Shown here: piece by piece, positions 19,701 through 30,500 of the stretch
Numbering within the stretch: the stretch's first letter is position 1
Layout of the letters: the number at the start of each line of letters is the position of its first letter
Assembly: GCA_041601615.1 (NCBI GenBank)
Contig: JBFIHX010000006.1
Location: 64,001-128,000 of the forward strand
Origin: Thermoplasmatota archaeon
Lineage (GTDB): Archaea > Thermoplasmatota > E2 > JACPAO01 > JAHFTW01
DNA length: 64,000 bases
Direction of reading: 5' to 3'
Program-made: the position numbers and the translations under genes
The notes under the pieces: model-generated
The model's input: the letters and a program-made list of their open reading frames with translations, nothing else
Databases searched by the model: none
What the model was told of the DNA's origin: nothing

Positions 19701-20310
19701 CGGCATCCTGATGCAGACCATCGAGGACACCCTCGAGACCGTCGACGCCTTTGTGAATCTGGCACCGGCGCCAGCGTTCGTATGCCCTGCAGGAGCAGTC
19801 TTCTGCGACGACTTCGAAGGAACATTCGCTTGGACCATCGCCAACGGAGCTACATTCAGCAACACCTGGCGCCTCGTGAACCAAGCAGACACGCCCCAAC
19901 CGTTCGGCCCCAACGCCTTCAGTGAGGAGCAGTACCTGTACATCGGCGCTCGCGACCTGCCCCCGGGCATCACCTACACCGGCACCAACGGCGACGGCAT
20001 TCTGGTCAACTTCTTGATCAGCACCGTCACTTCCCCGGTGATTACGCTGCCCGTTGGAACGGCCACCCTGGATGCCCGCATCGCAGGAAGCTCCGAGGCC
20101 GATTTCGATGAACTGGTCGTGAAGATCATCCCCGCCACGGGCACCACGATTGAGGAACGAATCTCGGGCGTCCAAGGCTACAGCCCTGTGACCAGCATCA
20201 ACCTCTCGAGCCTGGCAGGCCAGGATGTACAGATTCAGTTCTCGTTCATCACGGATGACGTTGTGCAAGACGGCCAGGGCTGGAACATCGACGACGTGGT
20301 GGTGTACTAA
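16792..20310 (+). CDS. Large secreted protein with about 17 D-x-x-G-(N/D)-D-x-Y repeats (probable Ca-binding beta-solenoid) and a C-terminal MAM/InhA-like jelly-roll domain
   Basis: Signal MHKRPRTLLVSLLMIAVALAPA; repeats such as DVAGNDDY, DGAGNDHY and DRSGNDHY alternate with SQG. C-terminal FCDDFEG...LSSLAGQDVQIQF..D...GWNIDDV. No anchor. Confidence 0.85.
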   Translation: MHKRPRTLLVSLLMIAVALAPATSGGFTTNPVVADVDVNNFESELLKALGVQGSFGLPDGFFDALLGREVISPHQAVQDSLDKLATMQAAVGPAATFAAATKVAGLDIEPRVPTAQPLYPGLVELYARNGVVLGAADLADMAESVRALDADTTEGLALLVTAMNRADAARITGVEVNMAQAMADLIAAAEAAEVHFSLSAASACNIFAGPMDLVTVDGDCDNTYDTHRFLSVDTGGNDRYNNNAGGANGVGSSVLGAVSPTVDRSPLTDGVDGAEANATDPNGPNAEGAAESLVNGVSGCCAVNPGLNPAYLETFRVAVAIDMGGDDTYHSEKRYVQGSAVQAMGLLLDFSGTDSYTAGGYSQGYANTGYGVLIDVAGNDDYTSGDRSQGGESGGFLFDLGGDDTYVAGDASQGGRIVAVPTGTSISMLFDATGNDSYNATGNSQGVGNILIDGTGDDDYFVVGSSDFDQNAGFGQGSGLLTSIGLLIDGAGNDDYYADIYAAQGVAWGIGTSSLVDVSGDDTYWTSGIGQAVCSGAPETNGILFDGAGNDHYTALRGGQGLASSASCTSFLIDRSGNDHYVAASGSQGSTFATQITEINGGLLGVLADGGGNDIYEAGSFSQGAGGNGGIGLLLDADGQDQYTAGDSSQGSGGYEINVVDTVEDEFLAAIFVNPEVENVAGIANLDDEALALLPLVEETSIRDGVGVLIDGLQDFVRSTDVITTDSSGVHVDLFVATPGDNGNGDRYTAGDHSQGASGASGAIGILIDNDDESESGGGPHKGVYTSGAYSQGSASNGGFGMLFDREGNDRHVSGIFSQGASPDSGVGVLIDLAGNDEMYATPVSQSRGYAISTDLYVPAVGLNLNIGGKDMYTGWNGHSHDDLCELKGTGGLTIDLASGSIPTTCIGASASAAEATAFGVGGNTGTAAGTALDALIIALGDTAVETVDFAITTIEETIIAVLQLIEDAPGILMQTIEDTLETVDAFVNLAPAPAFVCPAGAVFCDDFEGTFAWTIANGATFSNTWRLVNQADTPQPFGPNAFSEEQYLYIGARDLPPGITYTGTNGDGILVNFLISTVTSPVITLPVGTATLDARIAGSSEADFDELVVKIIPATGTTIEERISGVQGYSPVTSINLSSLAGQDVQIQFSFITDDVVQDGQGWNIDDVVVY

Positions 20311-20313
20311 GCA

Positions 20314-21768
20314 ATGAGCAAAGCTCCCCTTCTCCTCTTCATTCTCCTTTTGGTTTCTACGACTGCCCAGGCGGAGCCGTGGATTATTGAGGATGACACG
20401 ACATGCACAGGCGGCGAACTCGTCTTTAATGACTCCATCATCATCAAGGCGGGGGCACGATTGACCCTAGAAGATTGCAATTTGAAAATGGATACGCCCG
20501 AGTACGAGAACGGATGGCTCAATTCCGGAATCGAGGGCTTACTGATCACCGTCGAGAAGGGAGGCGTTCTGGAAGTTCGCTCGCTTACTCGCAATGCCTC
20601 CATCGAGCCGTTGGATGCTCGCTATGGATACACTATGAAAGTCGCCGGCTCCCTGATTCTGGAGGGAACCGAAGAACACCACGCCGAAATTCACGGCCTG
20701 GAAGGCTACATGGCAGAAGCATTCCTCGGGGGAGGAATCTCCGTAGTGGATGGCGGCCGAGCCACGGCGAACAACGTCACATTCTACAAGCTCTATGGCC
20801 CTGCCTTGTTCGGCAGCAATGGCTCCGTGATGGAAGTCCGCAACGCCCAAGTGGTTCGAGCTTCAGGAGGTTTTGCCGCCATCGAAGGGTCTACGCTGCG
20901 CCTTCACAATGTCTCTGCAGACATGGGATTCGAAGCAGTTCGAGTATCCAAATCCACGCTCGAGGTCACCGATTCGGAGCTGCTTGCGGGTCGCGTCGGG
21001 ATTCACGCCACACGTAGCAATGTTACGGTTCTGGATTCTCGCGTGGCGTCGGCAAAAACGGCAATCCTACTATCGGACTCCTCCGCGGAGGTTCAAAACT
21101 CACTGCTTCAGTTCGGCGCCATTGGCCTCATGCACGAGCATAAGGTCAGCCGGCCAGCAGTGTCCAAGGTTCTGGTGGAAAATTCTCGTATCGAGGCGTT
21201 CCCGAATCGCCCGCAGACGGTTGGAATCGCCATTCAGGACGCGGATTTTGAGCTTCGTTCGAGTGTACTTCGCAACTACACGGCCGCAGGACTAAGCGTG
21301 CTCAATGGCCGTGCGAATCTGGATTCCAATCTCTTTGAAGGCAATGCGTTGGTGCACGCCCAGATCCACAATGCCCGCGCGATTCAGGGCGGCAACAACC
21401 TCGCCACCGGCCTTGCAAACGACACGTTCGTCTACACCAAAGGCATCCAGGTAGATGTCCGGGATTCCTCTGGGCCACTCAAGGGAGCCTTCGTGAATTT
21501 CTTGGATATGTACGGAATCACGGATGAGAATGGAACGGCAGAATTCCTCTGGAGCATTTCCACCGATGAATCTGGCCAACCCGACCTAAGTCCCTTCACC
21601 ATGCAGATTCAATCCTTGGATCGATCGCGAACCGTGGAAGTGACCTTCGAGACTGCATCGAATGTGTATGTGAATTTTGATGCGGACAGCGGACGTAATT
21701 CACCCGGCATCGGCATGCTGGTAGCGTTCGTGCTCGTGTTTGCAGTGGCGCTTCGACGGACTCGTTAG
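20314..21768 (+). CDS. Right-handed parallel beta-helix surface protein with PGF-CTERM-like tail
   Basis: Signal peptide, repeated short beta strands (GI...S...V.NS), and C-terminal SPGIGMLVAFVLVFAVALRRTR. Confidence 0.85.
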   Translation: MSKAPLLLFILLLVSTTAQAEPWIIEDDTTCTGGELVFNDSIIIKAGARLTLEDCNLKMDTPEYENGWLNSGIEGLLITVEKGGVLEVRSLTRNASIEPLDARYGYTMKVAGSLILEGTEEHHAEIHGLEGYMAEAFLGGGISVVDGGRATANNVTFYKLYGPALFGSNGSVMEVRNAQVVRASGGFAAIEGSTLRLHNVSADMGFEAVRVSKSTLEVTDSELLAGRVGIHATRSNVTVLDSRVASAKTAILLSDSSAEVQNSLLQFGAIGLMHEHKVSRPAVSKVLVENSRIEAFPNRPQTVGIAIQDADFELRSSVLRNYTAAGLSVLNGRANLDSNLFEGNALVHAQIHNARAIQGGNNLATGLANDTFVYTKGIQVDVRDSSGPLKGAFVNFLDMYGITDENGTAEFLWSISTDESGQPDLSPFTMQIQSLDRSRTVEVTFETASNVYVNFDADSGRNSPGIGMLVAFVLVFAVALRRTR

Positions 21769-22447
21769 GCTACGGCTAGACGAAAGAGCAGAAACCGTCG
21801 CCGGAGACAGACCTGGCCGGTTTTCAACCACAAAGCACAGGCCCGTGCGCGCCGGAGTCTAAGGCTTAGCCATTGCCGCCGCTGAGGGAGCATCGATTCC
21901 ACCCGGAAGTTTACCCAACCCATACCCAACAAGCGGGTGATGCGATGGTCGGCCACCACAGTGCTACGTCAGGCTGTTGTTTCCAGTCGCGTATCCTTGA
22001 TGGTCCGTGGTAATTGGATGACTACAGGCCACGATTGGGGCTGATTGGAGCTGGGAGAGTGCAATGTTCGGACGCGAAGTCGGGCTAGATTTCCAACTCG
22101 CCAGGCTATGCGCTCGCCTCAATGCCGAGGATGGCATTCGCACAGGGTCACCATGCGCCACCACCGGGGGCCCAAAGGATAGTGAATCAAGCACTTGAGC
22201 CAAGCTGTCTAGGTGCGAATGAATGGAGACCCTGTGCTTCTGGAGGCGGAAGGCAGCAGGCGGCAACCCGCTTACCCAAAGGCGGCGAACAATCGGCAGG
22301 CCGATGCACAGCACCCCACAAGCTTGCTCGACGGGTCCCCATCAGGACAGGGTGCCACAAGCCTCTAACGCTACACGCAAAGAGCAGCTTGAGTGGTATG
22401 CAAGAGGGAGAGGGCGGAGGCGGACAAACGAGAATAGAGACAATCCG

Positions 22448-23461
22448 CTATTCGAGCTGAACCAGCACAGCCATGTCGTTGTTGGTGTAGGATTCCTCGC
22501 CGTAGAAGCGCTCAGGATTGACCTCGGCTTCGAGGTAGTATGCGCCCGGCTCTAGGTCGGTGACATCGACCCATTGGCCGTCGAGCCACAGTCCGTATTC
22601 ATCTGCCCAGGTCACCGTGATGCCCTGGTTGCTGGAGCAGCTTCGGTAGTTGCGTGGGCCTGCGGTGTAGTACCATCCACGGATGTCGATGACGCAGAAA
22701 CCTTGCTTGTGCCCAGCGCGGAAGTGGTCCTTGAGTTCGGGGAAATCTTCGAGAATTTCTCCGGCCAGCAGGTGCGGATACGCTAGGCGAATGGCCTTCC
22801 ATACGGCGTAACCTTCCGCATCCCAGAGGCGGTAATCGGCATATTCTCTAAAGTGCCAGTGTTCATGGCAGTCGCCCCATTGGAACCACTCTGGGTGGTC
22901 GTCGGGGTCGCCGATGATAAGATCACCACTACCCACGTTGGGCGTTCGGAACGAGAAGCGAAGCAGTTGCCGTTCGCCGGCGACCGTGGAGTTTTCTCGC
23001 ACCGCACAACTGTCTTCACTGAATGTGCGAACATCCATTTGCGGGGAAGTGAGCATGGTGTACGCATCCACATGCAGGTCGGGGCAACCGCGGGGATCCG
23101 AACAGGGCACTTTGGGTTCGGGATAGTCGTTGCTGGATCGAGATACGGATTCGTCCCACTTGAGAAGCACATGCGCCTTCGGACCGCCGCCACCCAGTGA
23201 GAACTTGACGTGTTCATTGCCCTCCAAGTGAAGGAGCGTTCCAGAGGGAATCGGAGGAAGCGCCGTCAGTACCGGATGCATTCCGAAGGCGGCAGGATCT
23301 AAGTCCCAACAGTCGCGTGCGACCTTGTCACACATTGCGTGCAAATCGGTTTCATCCTGAACCTGGACTTTCACGGGCGGTTGGGCCAGCACGGCCAAAT
23401 TGCCTGTCAGCAGAAGTAGGATGGCGAGAATCGACAGTGCGCCTACGGAACCGATACGCAT
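22448..23461 (-). CDS. Secreted lysyl oxidase family protein
   Basis: PDL, LLRF..TPNVG.GD, Cu-binding WGDCHEHWH, GHKQGFCVID (LTQ Lys), QGI..WADEY (LTQ Tyr), QWVDVTD, VNP.....ESYTNN, plus a signal peptide. Confidence 0.92.
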   Translation of the reverse strand: MRIGSVGALSILAILLLLTGNLAVLAQPPVKVQVQDETDLHAMCDKVARDCWDLDPAAFGMHPVLTALPPIPSGTLLHLEGNEHVKFSLGGGGPKAHVLLKWDESVSRSSNDYPEPKVPCSDPRGCPDLHVDAYTMLTSPQMDVRTFSEDSCAVRENSTVAGERQLLRFSFRTPNVGSGDLIIGDPDDHPEWFQWGDCHEHWHFREYADYRLWDAEGYAVWKAIRLAYPHLLAGEILEDFPELKDHFRAGHKQGFCVIDIRGWYYTAGPRNYRSCSSNQGITVTWADEYGLWLDGQWVDVTDLEPGAYYLEAEVNPERFYGEESYTNNDMAVLVQLE

Positions 23462-23486
23462 GGGGCGTGATTGGAGGTTCCTTACT

Positions 23487-26400
23487 TCACCTCGGTGACC
23501 GTTTTCTTACCCATGTTACGGTGGCTAGAACGGCGATCAATGCGAGAAGATGCAGACCGGGCGCTGCGGCGTTGAGGGAGCTGACCGCCACGATGTTATC
23601 TCCTTCGTTGGATTCGATGACTTGATCGAGAGGGTCAAGAACGATGTTCAGACCTTTATTTTTCCCTGAGTCCAGCAAAGACAACGTCGCTACATTACCT
23701 GGGGCAAGGAATCCAATCACAACTTCATCGACGACTTCTCCACTTGCTGTTTGCAATTGAATTTGTACGTCGTGGGCGCCGCGTTGACCGATATTTTCAA
23801 CGATTGCCACAACCAAAGTACCACCGGGAGCGGCCCGGGGGGCCGCTTCTTTCAGGCGCAGTTGGGGACGATCTACGTCCACGTCACGAACGATGGTGTG
23901 GACGACGGAGGGCGAACTGTCTTCAGGAACGAACACGATTTCCAACGAGTGTGTGGATTCGCCGTTCTTGGTTGTGGGCGGCACCAGCCATCCCGTGTGC
24001 AGGACTCCCGTTTGACCGGGTTCGAGGAATACGGCAGGAGATTGGCGCAATGCCCAACTGTCGGCTGCCCGGACTTCGAGGTGTCCTCGGCGGTTGCCCG
24101 TATTGGTCACATTCACATCCAACACGGCTGGCCGCGCCGGTTGCGCATCCCGAATTATGCCCCCTTCTACTTCGATCGCAGTGCTCTTGGGCACATCAAC
24201 GCGAAGCTTGGCAGGCGTAACGCTGCCATCCTCAGACACGAGGCCTAGAGTCAAGTTGAAAATGGAGGCAGGCGCACCGATGGGTCCAGAAAGGAGTGCC
24301 GTGAACGCTTTGGTTGCACCGCGGGGGATAACCACGGGCGCGATGTTGGCCACACGCCAATCCGCGGGAGCATCAAGGGTGCCTGGAGAAATCCGTTCAT
24401 CGAGGTTGCCCTTGTTGATGATGGTCATGTTGATGGCGATTGGTTTCCCGTCACTGCGCCCTTGTAGAATTGGATCGTACAACACCGTTAGTTGGTGCCG
24501 GGCCGCGGTGGTTGCTGTGAACGCAACTTCGAAACTGGAGCCGCCGTTGACTGCTCTTGCAAGTGCCCGAACGGTTCCGAGTGCTCCTTCGAGGCTGTCG
24601 AGCGCAACGGTTGTGTTGACGATGAAATCAAGTTCATCACCGGGGCCAATGGAGAGTTTGGAAACGGGAATCCGCTCCCCTGTCACCGAGTTGACCAGCA
24701 AGAACTTGGGGGCAGCCCATCCAGAGGGCATATCTGCGCGAGCCTCCAAGTTCAATTCGATGGGGCCAAGCCCTTCATTGACGACATGAATGGGGAACGC
24801 CGCTTCAGCTCCCGGCGCCACGAGTCTTGTTGTGTCGTCGTACTCGACGCGTAGGTCTGCTGGAGCCTGCACGCGAGTGATGCTTGTGATGCGATCAAAT
24901 GCAGCGGGTTGGCTGGCGCTGGTTGCAGTAAGAATAGCGACCAGTAGACCATCGGGAAGATCCGGCGGAGGCGAGACTACAAGATCAAGCGTAACGGAGG
25001 ATGCCGGATCCAGCACTACTTGGCCCACTTCTTTGCCGTCGCTTGGTTTGCGCAGCTCCACGCTCCAGCCTGGTTCGATACCAGATGGTTCCAGGTCGAT
25101 GGTATCGGAGACCGTGCCTGTGTTCTTGATGACGACCTTGTAGGTTTGACTGTCGCCGGCTCCGCTCGACCGCTCCTTGGTTTTCGGGCCACCGACTACG
25201 TCGAACCACGCACCCACATTGAAGCTCTGTTTGAGGTACGTGACCGTGCCCGTGGATACCGAGAGGGACGGGTTGTTTTCGCTGGTGGCGATGACAGGAA
25301 TCACGGCACTCGTGCGCGCAGGGGCGTCCTCGGGCGGAGTTACGGTGAGCCGCACGAGACTCGATGCGCCGGAGGATAGCGGGATGACCGACTGGTCCAA
25401 GACTGCCGTCCAACCCTCCAATAGAGGGCCAACGCGAAGGTTGGCCACGTCGTCGAGGCCAGACCCGTCCGCTGCTCGCCCCAAATTGGTCACCGCAAAG
25501 GAATACGTAACCGATTTTCCGGGCGTCGTAGAGGCAGTCTGGGGCTCCAGTCCCGTTGTGGATGCAATGTCCAGCAAAGCTCCTCGGAAATCCGCCACGC
25601 CGACCGATACCGAAACCTTGGCAGGAGTCCCCGAAAGGAAGCTTGGTCGATCTGCCAAACCATAGACGGAGATCGGCTTGCTGGATTGAATGGTCCATCC
25701 AGCCACAGCGTCGTTGTTGGCATTGTCGCGGATTTGATGGACTTGCCCCTCCGAGACGAATTCGGATTGAATCGTGGTTCCACTGGTCAAGCGGTGTACT
25801 TGGAGATCCACTTTCGTATCTGGATAGAGGCCGATGACGGACGCCGGGCCGATGCCGGAGAAAGTTAGCGCATCCTGGCCGCCGAGTGCGCCGCTGACCT
25901 GCGCTCGACTGGTTCGCAAGAAGCCAGCCAGGACGGTTGTGGGGTCGTCGGCATTGACGTAGATGGGGCGATCCAATTTGTTGTTGCTTTGCGTGAACGG
26001 TCCAGCATAAGCTGGAGCCACGGGAACCGCCTTTCCTGGCGTCGGGTCGGACGCGGTCGGAGGAGGATCGAATTGCGCGGGGGTATCCTCGGGACTGCTT
26101 GCGCGGACCGCCGTCGCAGAATCGGAGAGCGCCCACCAAGACCGGGCTTCTTGGAAGGCTCGACATCCGCCCTCAGGCCTGGACCACCGTTCCACCATAG
26201 TAAATGCGAAATCGGTCCCTTCCGGACCACCACTTAGGTCGGGAATCTGTTGCACGGGCATGCTGCCTCCAAGTTGCACCATGATGTCATTGGGAGTCGA
26301 CGAAATGGTGTACATCATCCCTGGTTCGAGTGCCGCGTTTCCACTACTGGGCCGACAGGCCGGAGTAGCGCCATTGACCCATGCACCCACGGTGTAGGGG

Positions 26401-27500
26401 AGACGTTGCTCCCCTCCAATCACGAAAGTTCGAGAGTTGCCGAATTCCGGAGTGAGCGTGACGGTCGTCGGTTGGTCGTAGGGCGAGATGAAATTGACGC
26501 TGCGAGGTGCGTTCTCCGTCGCGGGAACTTCGACGACAAAACTGCTTCCCGCGTGGCCGCCCGTGAGCGCCGGAACGAATCCGTGCAAGTCCACGAACGC
26601 CAAAAACGGAGCTGCGGTTGTCGCCGACCCACTAGGATCAATGCTGCTGAGCCTGAACTCCACCGCGTCGCCTCCAAGACCAACGATTGCCGTCTCTCCT
26701 TGATCTAGGACGTACTCGGACTGGAATTGGTGTGGGAGGTAGCTGGATCCCTGACGAATGCTGGCAAACACGCGAGTGTTGTCGTAGAGCCCGATGATGG
26801 TCGCCGTGGCCGAGCCTTGATCGGTTCGAGTCGCTGGAATTGCGCCGTAGTATGTATCTGAGGGTCCAGCCCAATGAATGGACGCCGCGGCACCAACATC
26901 GGCTCCTTGCAAGCTGGAAGGCGGATGATCGATGTTCGTGAGCGTGTCTAGGTAGACATGATACCGCTGGGTGCCCGCAGGAGATCCCGCCGGCCCAAGC
27001 GGCACAGAAGCCCACCAGAACAAGGTAATCACGGGGGACGTAGACGGGTCGTAGGCTTGGGATACTTCGGTTATGCTTCCCTGCACAAGCTGACTGGGCA
27101 CTTCGTACCTGTCCAGGCCGGTTCGAGTGCTGTCGTGTACCAACATGCGTCCCGAAGGACCGAAATCGGAAACGCGGACCACTCGAATGCTGTCCGGATC
27201 TAGTTGGAATCCCTTGAGAAGCGGCTTACCACCCCCCTCTGTGTGGATCCAACCCGCCTTTGCCAAGACGTCGGCCACATCAATGGTGGCCCGAACCGCC
27301 ACTTCACTGACCTGATACGAACGGTCGTTCTGGATGGTCACCGGGACCCGAATGTGATGGCCGGCGCTCGGCGCGGTGGGCCCCCACCATTCTGCAACCC
27401 CCGGGGAAGGAGGAGCCGCGTGGCTGCCAGATGCTGGATCCAGTGCCATGGGCAGCATGAGGATGGAAAGAACGACTGCACCCAGTGCACGGTGGTTCAT
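23487..27500 (-). CDS. Large surface protein with NEW3/CARDB Ig-like domains and PGF-CTERM-like tail
   Basis: Start re-called at MNHRALG, which overlaps the upstream stop as ATGA. N.G...D repeats with GW, CARDB motif LDPLDQVIESNEGDN, and tail APGLHLLALIAVLATVTWVRKR. Confidence 0.88.
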   Translation of the reverse strand: MNHRALGAVVLSILMLPMALDPASGSHAAPPSPGVAEWWGPTAPSAGHHIRVPVTIQNDRSYQVSEVAVRATIDVADVLAKAGWIHTEGGGKPLLKGFQLDPDSIRVVRVSDFGPSGRMLVHDSTRTGLDRYEVPSQLVQGSITEVSQAYDPSTSPVITLFWWASVPLGPAGSPAGTQRYHVYLDTLTNIDHPPSSLQGADVGAAASIHWAGPSDTYYGAIPATRTDQGSATATIIGLYDNTRVFASIRQGSSYLPHQFQSEYVLDQGETAIVGLGGDAVEFRLSSIDPSGSATTAAPFLAFVDLHGFVPALTGGHAGSSFVVEVPATENAPRSVNFISPYDQPTTVTLTPEFGNSRTFVIGGEQRLPYTVGAWVNGATPACRPSSGNAALEPGMMYTISSTPNDIMVQLGGSMPVQQIPDLSGGPEGTDFAFTMVERWSRPEGGCRAFQEARSWWALSDSATAVRASSPEDTPAQFDPPPTASDPTPGKAVPVAPAYAGPFTQSNNKLDRPIYVNADDPTTVLAGFLRTSRAQVSGALGGQDALTFSGIGPASVIGLYPDTKVDLQVHRLTSGTTIQSEFVSEGQVHQIRDNANNDAVAGWTIQSSKPISVYGLADRPSFLSGTPAKVSVSVGVADFRGALLDIASTTGLEPQTASTTPGKSVTYSFAVTNLGRAADGSGLDDVANLRVGPLLEGWTAVLDQSVIPLSSGASSLVRLTVTPPEDAPARTSAVIPVIATSENNPSLSVSTGTVTYLKQSFNVGAWFDVVGGPKTKERSSGAGDSQTYKVVIKNTGTVSDTIDLEPSGIEPGWSVELRKPSDGKEVGQVVLDPASSVTLDLVVSPPPDLPDGLLVAILTATSASQPAAFDRITSITRVQAPADLRVEYDDTTRLVAPGAEAAFPIHVVNEGLGPIELNLEARADMPSGWAAPKFLLVNSVTGERIPVSKLSIGPGDELDFIVNTTVALDSLEGALGTVRALARAVNGGSSFEVAFTATTAARHQLTVLYDPILQGRSDGKPIAINMTIINKGNLDERISPGTLDAPADWRVANIAPVVIPRGATKAFTALLSGPIGAPASIFNLTLGLVSEDGSVTPAKLRVDVPKSTAIEVEGGIIRDAQPARPAVLDVNVTNTGNRRGHLEVRAADSWALRQSPAVFLEPGQTGVLHTGWLVPPTTKNGESTHSLEIVFVPEDSSPSVVHTIVRDVDVDRPQLRLKEAAPRAAPGGTLVVAIVENIGQRGAHDVQIQLQTASGEVVDEVVIGFLAPGNVATLSLLDSGKNKGLNIVLDPLDQVIESNEGDNIVAVSSLNAAAPGLHLLALIAVLATVTWVRKRSPR

Positions 27501-30500
27501 GATTGCTGCCTCCGGCGCAATGCCACAGCCGCAAGCAGGGGCGCGAGGATCAACCAACCAGGCAGAGGAACACCCCGGAACAGACTCGACACCAGCGTTT
27601 GCTCGTCGATTTGGAGCGTTGTCGAGGCGCCGTTGTTGTCCTCATGCAACTCCATCAGGCGCCCGGCTCCGTCGGCGATGGCCAGAATGAGGTGCGGGCC
27701 CGAACTTGCATCCTTCCACACAACCTCCACCCCGATCTCCTCTCCGGGCCGAATCGCGGGCACTTGCGCCAACTGAATCAGGACCCCATCCGCATAGAAA
27801 TGAACCATGCTTGCAGCGGCATCGGCAGAACCATCATTGCGAACAATGGCCCGAAGGATGATGTCGCGACCTTCCGATGCCGGTTGTGCGCTCACGGCAC
27901 CGATGATCAAATCGGGCTGAACCGTCAGGTCAGGAAGTTCGAAACGTTTCTCGGCCGTCAAATTTCCATTGGCGAGCAGGAAGACCAGGTCGCCTTTCGG
28001 AGTTGGAAGCCGTTCGTCCAAGAACACAGGGATACGCAGCACTTTCTCTTCCAACGGTTCGAGGTGGAATGGTGCGGGGTTCGTTGCTTGTGTCCCTTCC
28101 ACATGTAGGAACTGCCCCGTGACATCGATTGGTAGATTCGATCGAGACGCCACCGTGATCACCAACTCCATGCCTCGGGTGCCATTTCCAGGAGTAGGAA
28201 GACTGCGGTATTCGGTCCACCCACCCATAAGCGCAAGGGTAGGCAATATGCGTACTTCACGCGCGAACTGAGCTGTCCATGTGCCATCCACGGCTGCGAC
28301 CTGAATCGTGTTCGTGATATTACCCGGCGGCGTGTTGCTGGGAATGTGCAGCGTCGTAGGAATGGTCAACGTAGATTTGGCGTCGAGGTCAAACTCGCTC
28401 GGAATGAGCCAACCCAACAAGTCGCTCACCCGAACGGATTGATGCACATTGGAGTTCGATTGAAGCATCAAATCGACTTCCTGGTCCCCGGCTATCATGT
28501 CGGTGAATTTGGCTTGAATTCCAGCAGGTTGCAAATCAGCCGCAACTTGAACAATCGCCGGCACCGTGCTTAGAAGCCGCTTTTCCGTGGAAAGTTGAAT
28601 CTGAACTAGGTGTTGCCCCGCCACGGCATCGGCCGGGACCTTCACCAACACGAGCGCAGTCAGGCCTCCATCTGGCGTTACCAAAATGTCCGGCGTCAGC
28701 GTTTGAACGCTCCAACCCGCGGGCCCTTTGGCACTCAACTTGAGGCGCTCAAGGGAGGACCCGTGATTGTCGATGCGGACAGGGATGATGGTCGTGCCAC
28801 CCGATGCTGCCGCAACAAGGTCCGGCAGGGTCGTCGCAACGTTGTGGGTGCGGACCGACAGGCTCAGGATTGCATCGTTGTTATCCACCCGAAGCTCCGG
28901 GGCAGAACCACCGATGACAGTCGCACGGAAGTTGATGGACCCTTGGGTGTTCGGAACCACCTTGGACGCTTCGACCGTGTAGGATGCGCCCTTGGCCAAG
29001 GTCGGCAATGCCGCTTCCGTCAAGCTGACTGTATTGGCCAGGAGCCGTACCGTAGCGCCCTGCGCGGGCACCTCGCCAATGTTGGTAACGGTGGCGCGAA
29101 CGGTTGCGATGCCGCCGGCTTCGATGAACCGACCGTCGGCTCCGATGACTTCGATCTTCGTCACCTCCAAATCGGGAAGTTGCAGTGGGACCACTTCTAC
29201 ATCCAGTTCATCCCGATTGTTGCCGGGATTGAGATCCAACAAATTTCGGCCCGGATCCACTTCCGCAACCAAGGTGTAGGTCCCGGTGCGGGTCGGCACT
29301 GGCCATTCGGCAGAAATGACTGCCCGCGAAGCAACCGCTCCACACTCGCGCGGCGCACAAACGGGAGGAAGTTCCAGCGTCTCAATCGGCACCAAGGTCT
29401 GGTCTTCCTTGAAGAGTGCGCTTACAACCACCGTTGTGCGTTTCGATGGCTCGGCCCCGATGTTGCTGACACGGACGTGAATCGGAATCACGGAGCCTTG
29501 CTCATAGACGTCGTCGTCGCTCGGGCTCAATTGGACCGAGAGATCTGCTTTGGGCAATTGCCGGACGATCAACTGCGTGGCCAGGAACGTATTCGCTTGT
29601 TCTGCCAAAGTGCCTTGTGATTCTGCTATGATGCGGAATTCATGCTGGCCAGCAGGCATACTTTCCTTTGTATTCACAGTGAGCCAAATCAAACCAGATT
29701 CTCCTCCACCCAATTTAATGGAATCTTGGAGTAAGCGCACGTCCGGGTTGACTCCATCCACATTGAGAAGGCCGACGGACGCGAGCCTCAAATTGTAGGT
29801 GTCCTCCGCCGCCCCTGAATTAGAAATTGTGTATGCTATCGTCTTGGGTGCGTTGCGAACCAGCGGGAGGGTACGCATTCCATCCACAGAAGGACCAAGC
29901 TCAACGCCGCCGGAACCCAGCGCAATTTCGTCAATCTGCCAGCCTGGTCGCGTTACCTTGTTGATATCTTGAATGCCAACGTGGAATTGCAACACGACCT
30001 TCTCTCCGGCAAACGGCTGAGACTCCGGACCCAAGGGGCACCAAATTTGAGAAGCAAGATCGAAGCTTGTCTGAACGGGCTGACTCAATGAACCTTGGGG
30101 CCCCCGGTAGCTTGGGACGCCGCCACCCAGCGGATTTTGCCACTGGAGATTTTGAATCTGAAGGCTCCGAGTCAAACCATCGTAGGGAGAGCCGGATGAA
30201 GATTGAAGCTGCGTCCAGGAATTGGCAGTGGAGCCATTGCAAGTTCGTGGCACCCAATTTCCATTGGCATCCACGTTGACAATCGCAGCATCCACATGAC
30301 CGCCATCACCATCCACAAAGGAGAATGCATGCTCGATATCCAGCCCCATCCGTCCATTCAAGGACCTCGCCAAATCCTGGGGCGGACTGCGCACCCAAGA
30401 TTCATACCCGGCCCCTTGCGAGCACGGCAAATTGTCGGCCCGGGAGCCAGGGTCGTTGCTATCCTGGCCATTGCCACAATATCCTCTGCCGCTGAAGGGG

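Noticed and set aside
17257-20268. 663-aa and 337-aa minus-strand ORFs
   Set aside because: Antisense shadows of the repeat protein at 16792-20310.
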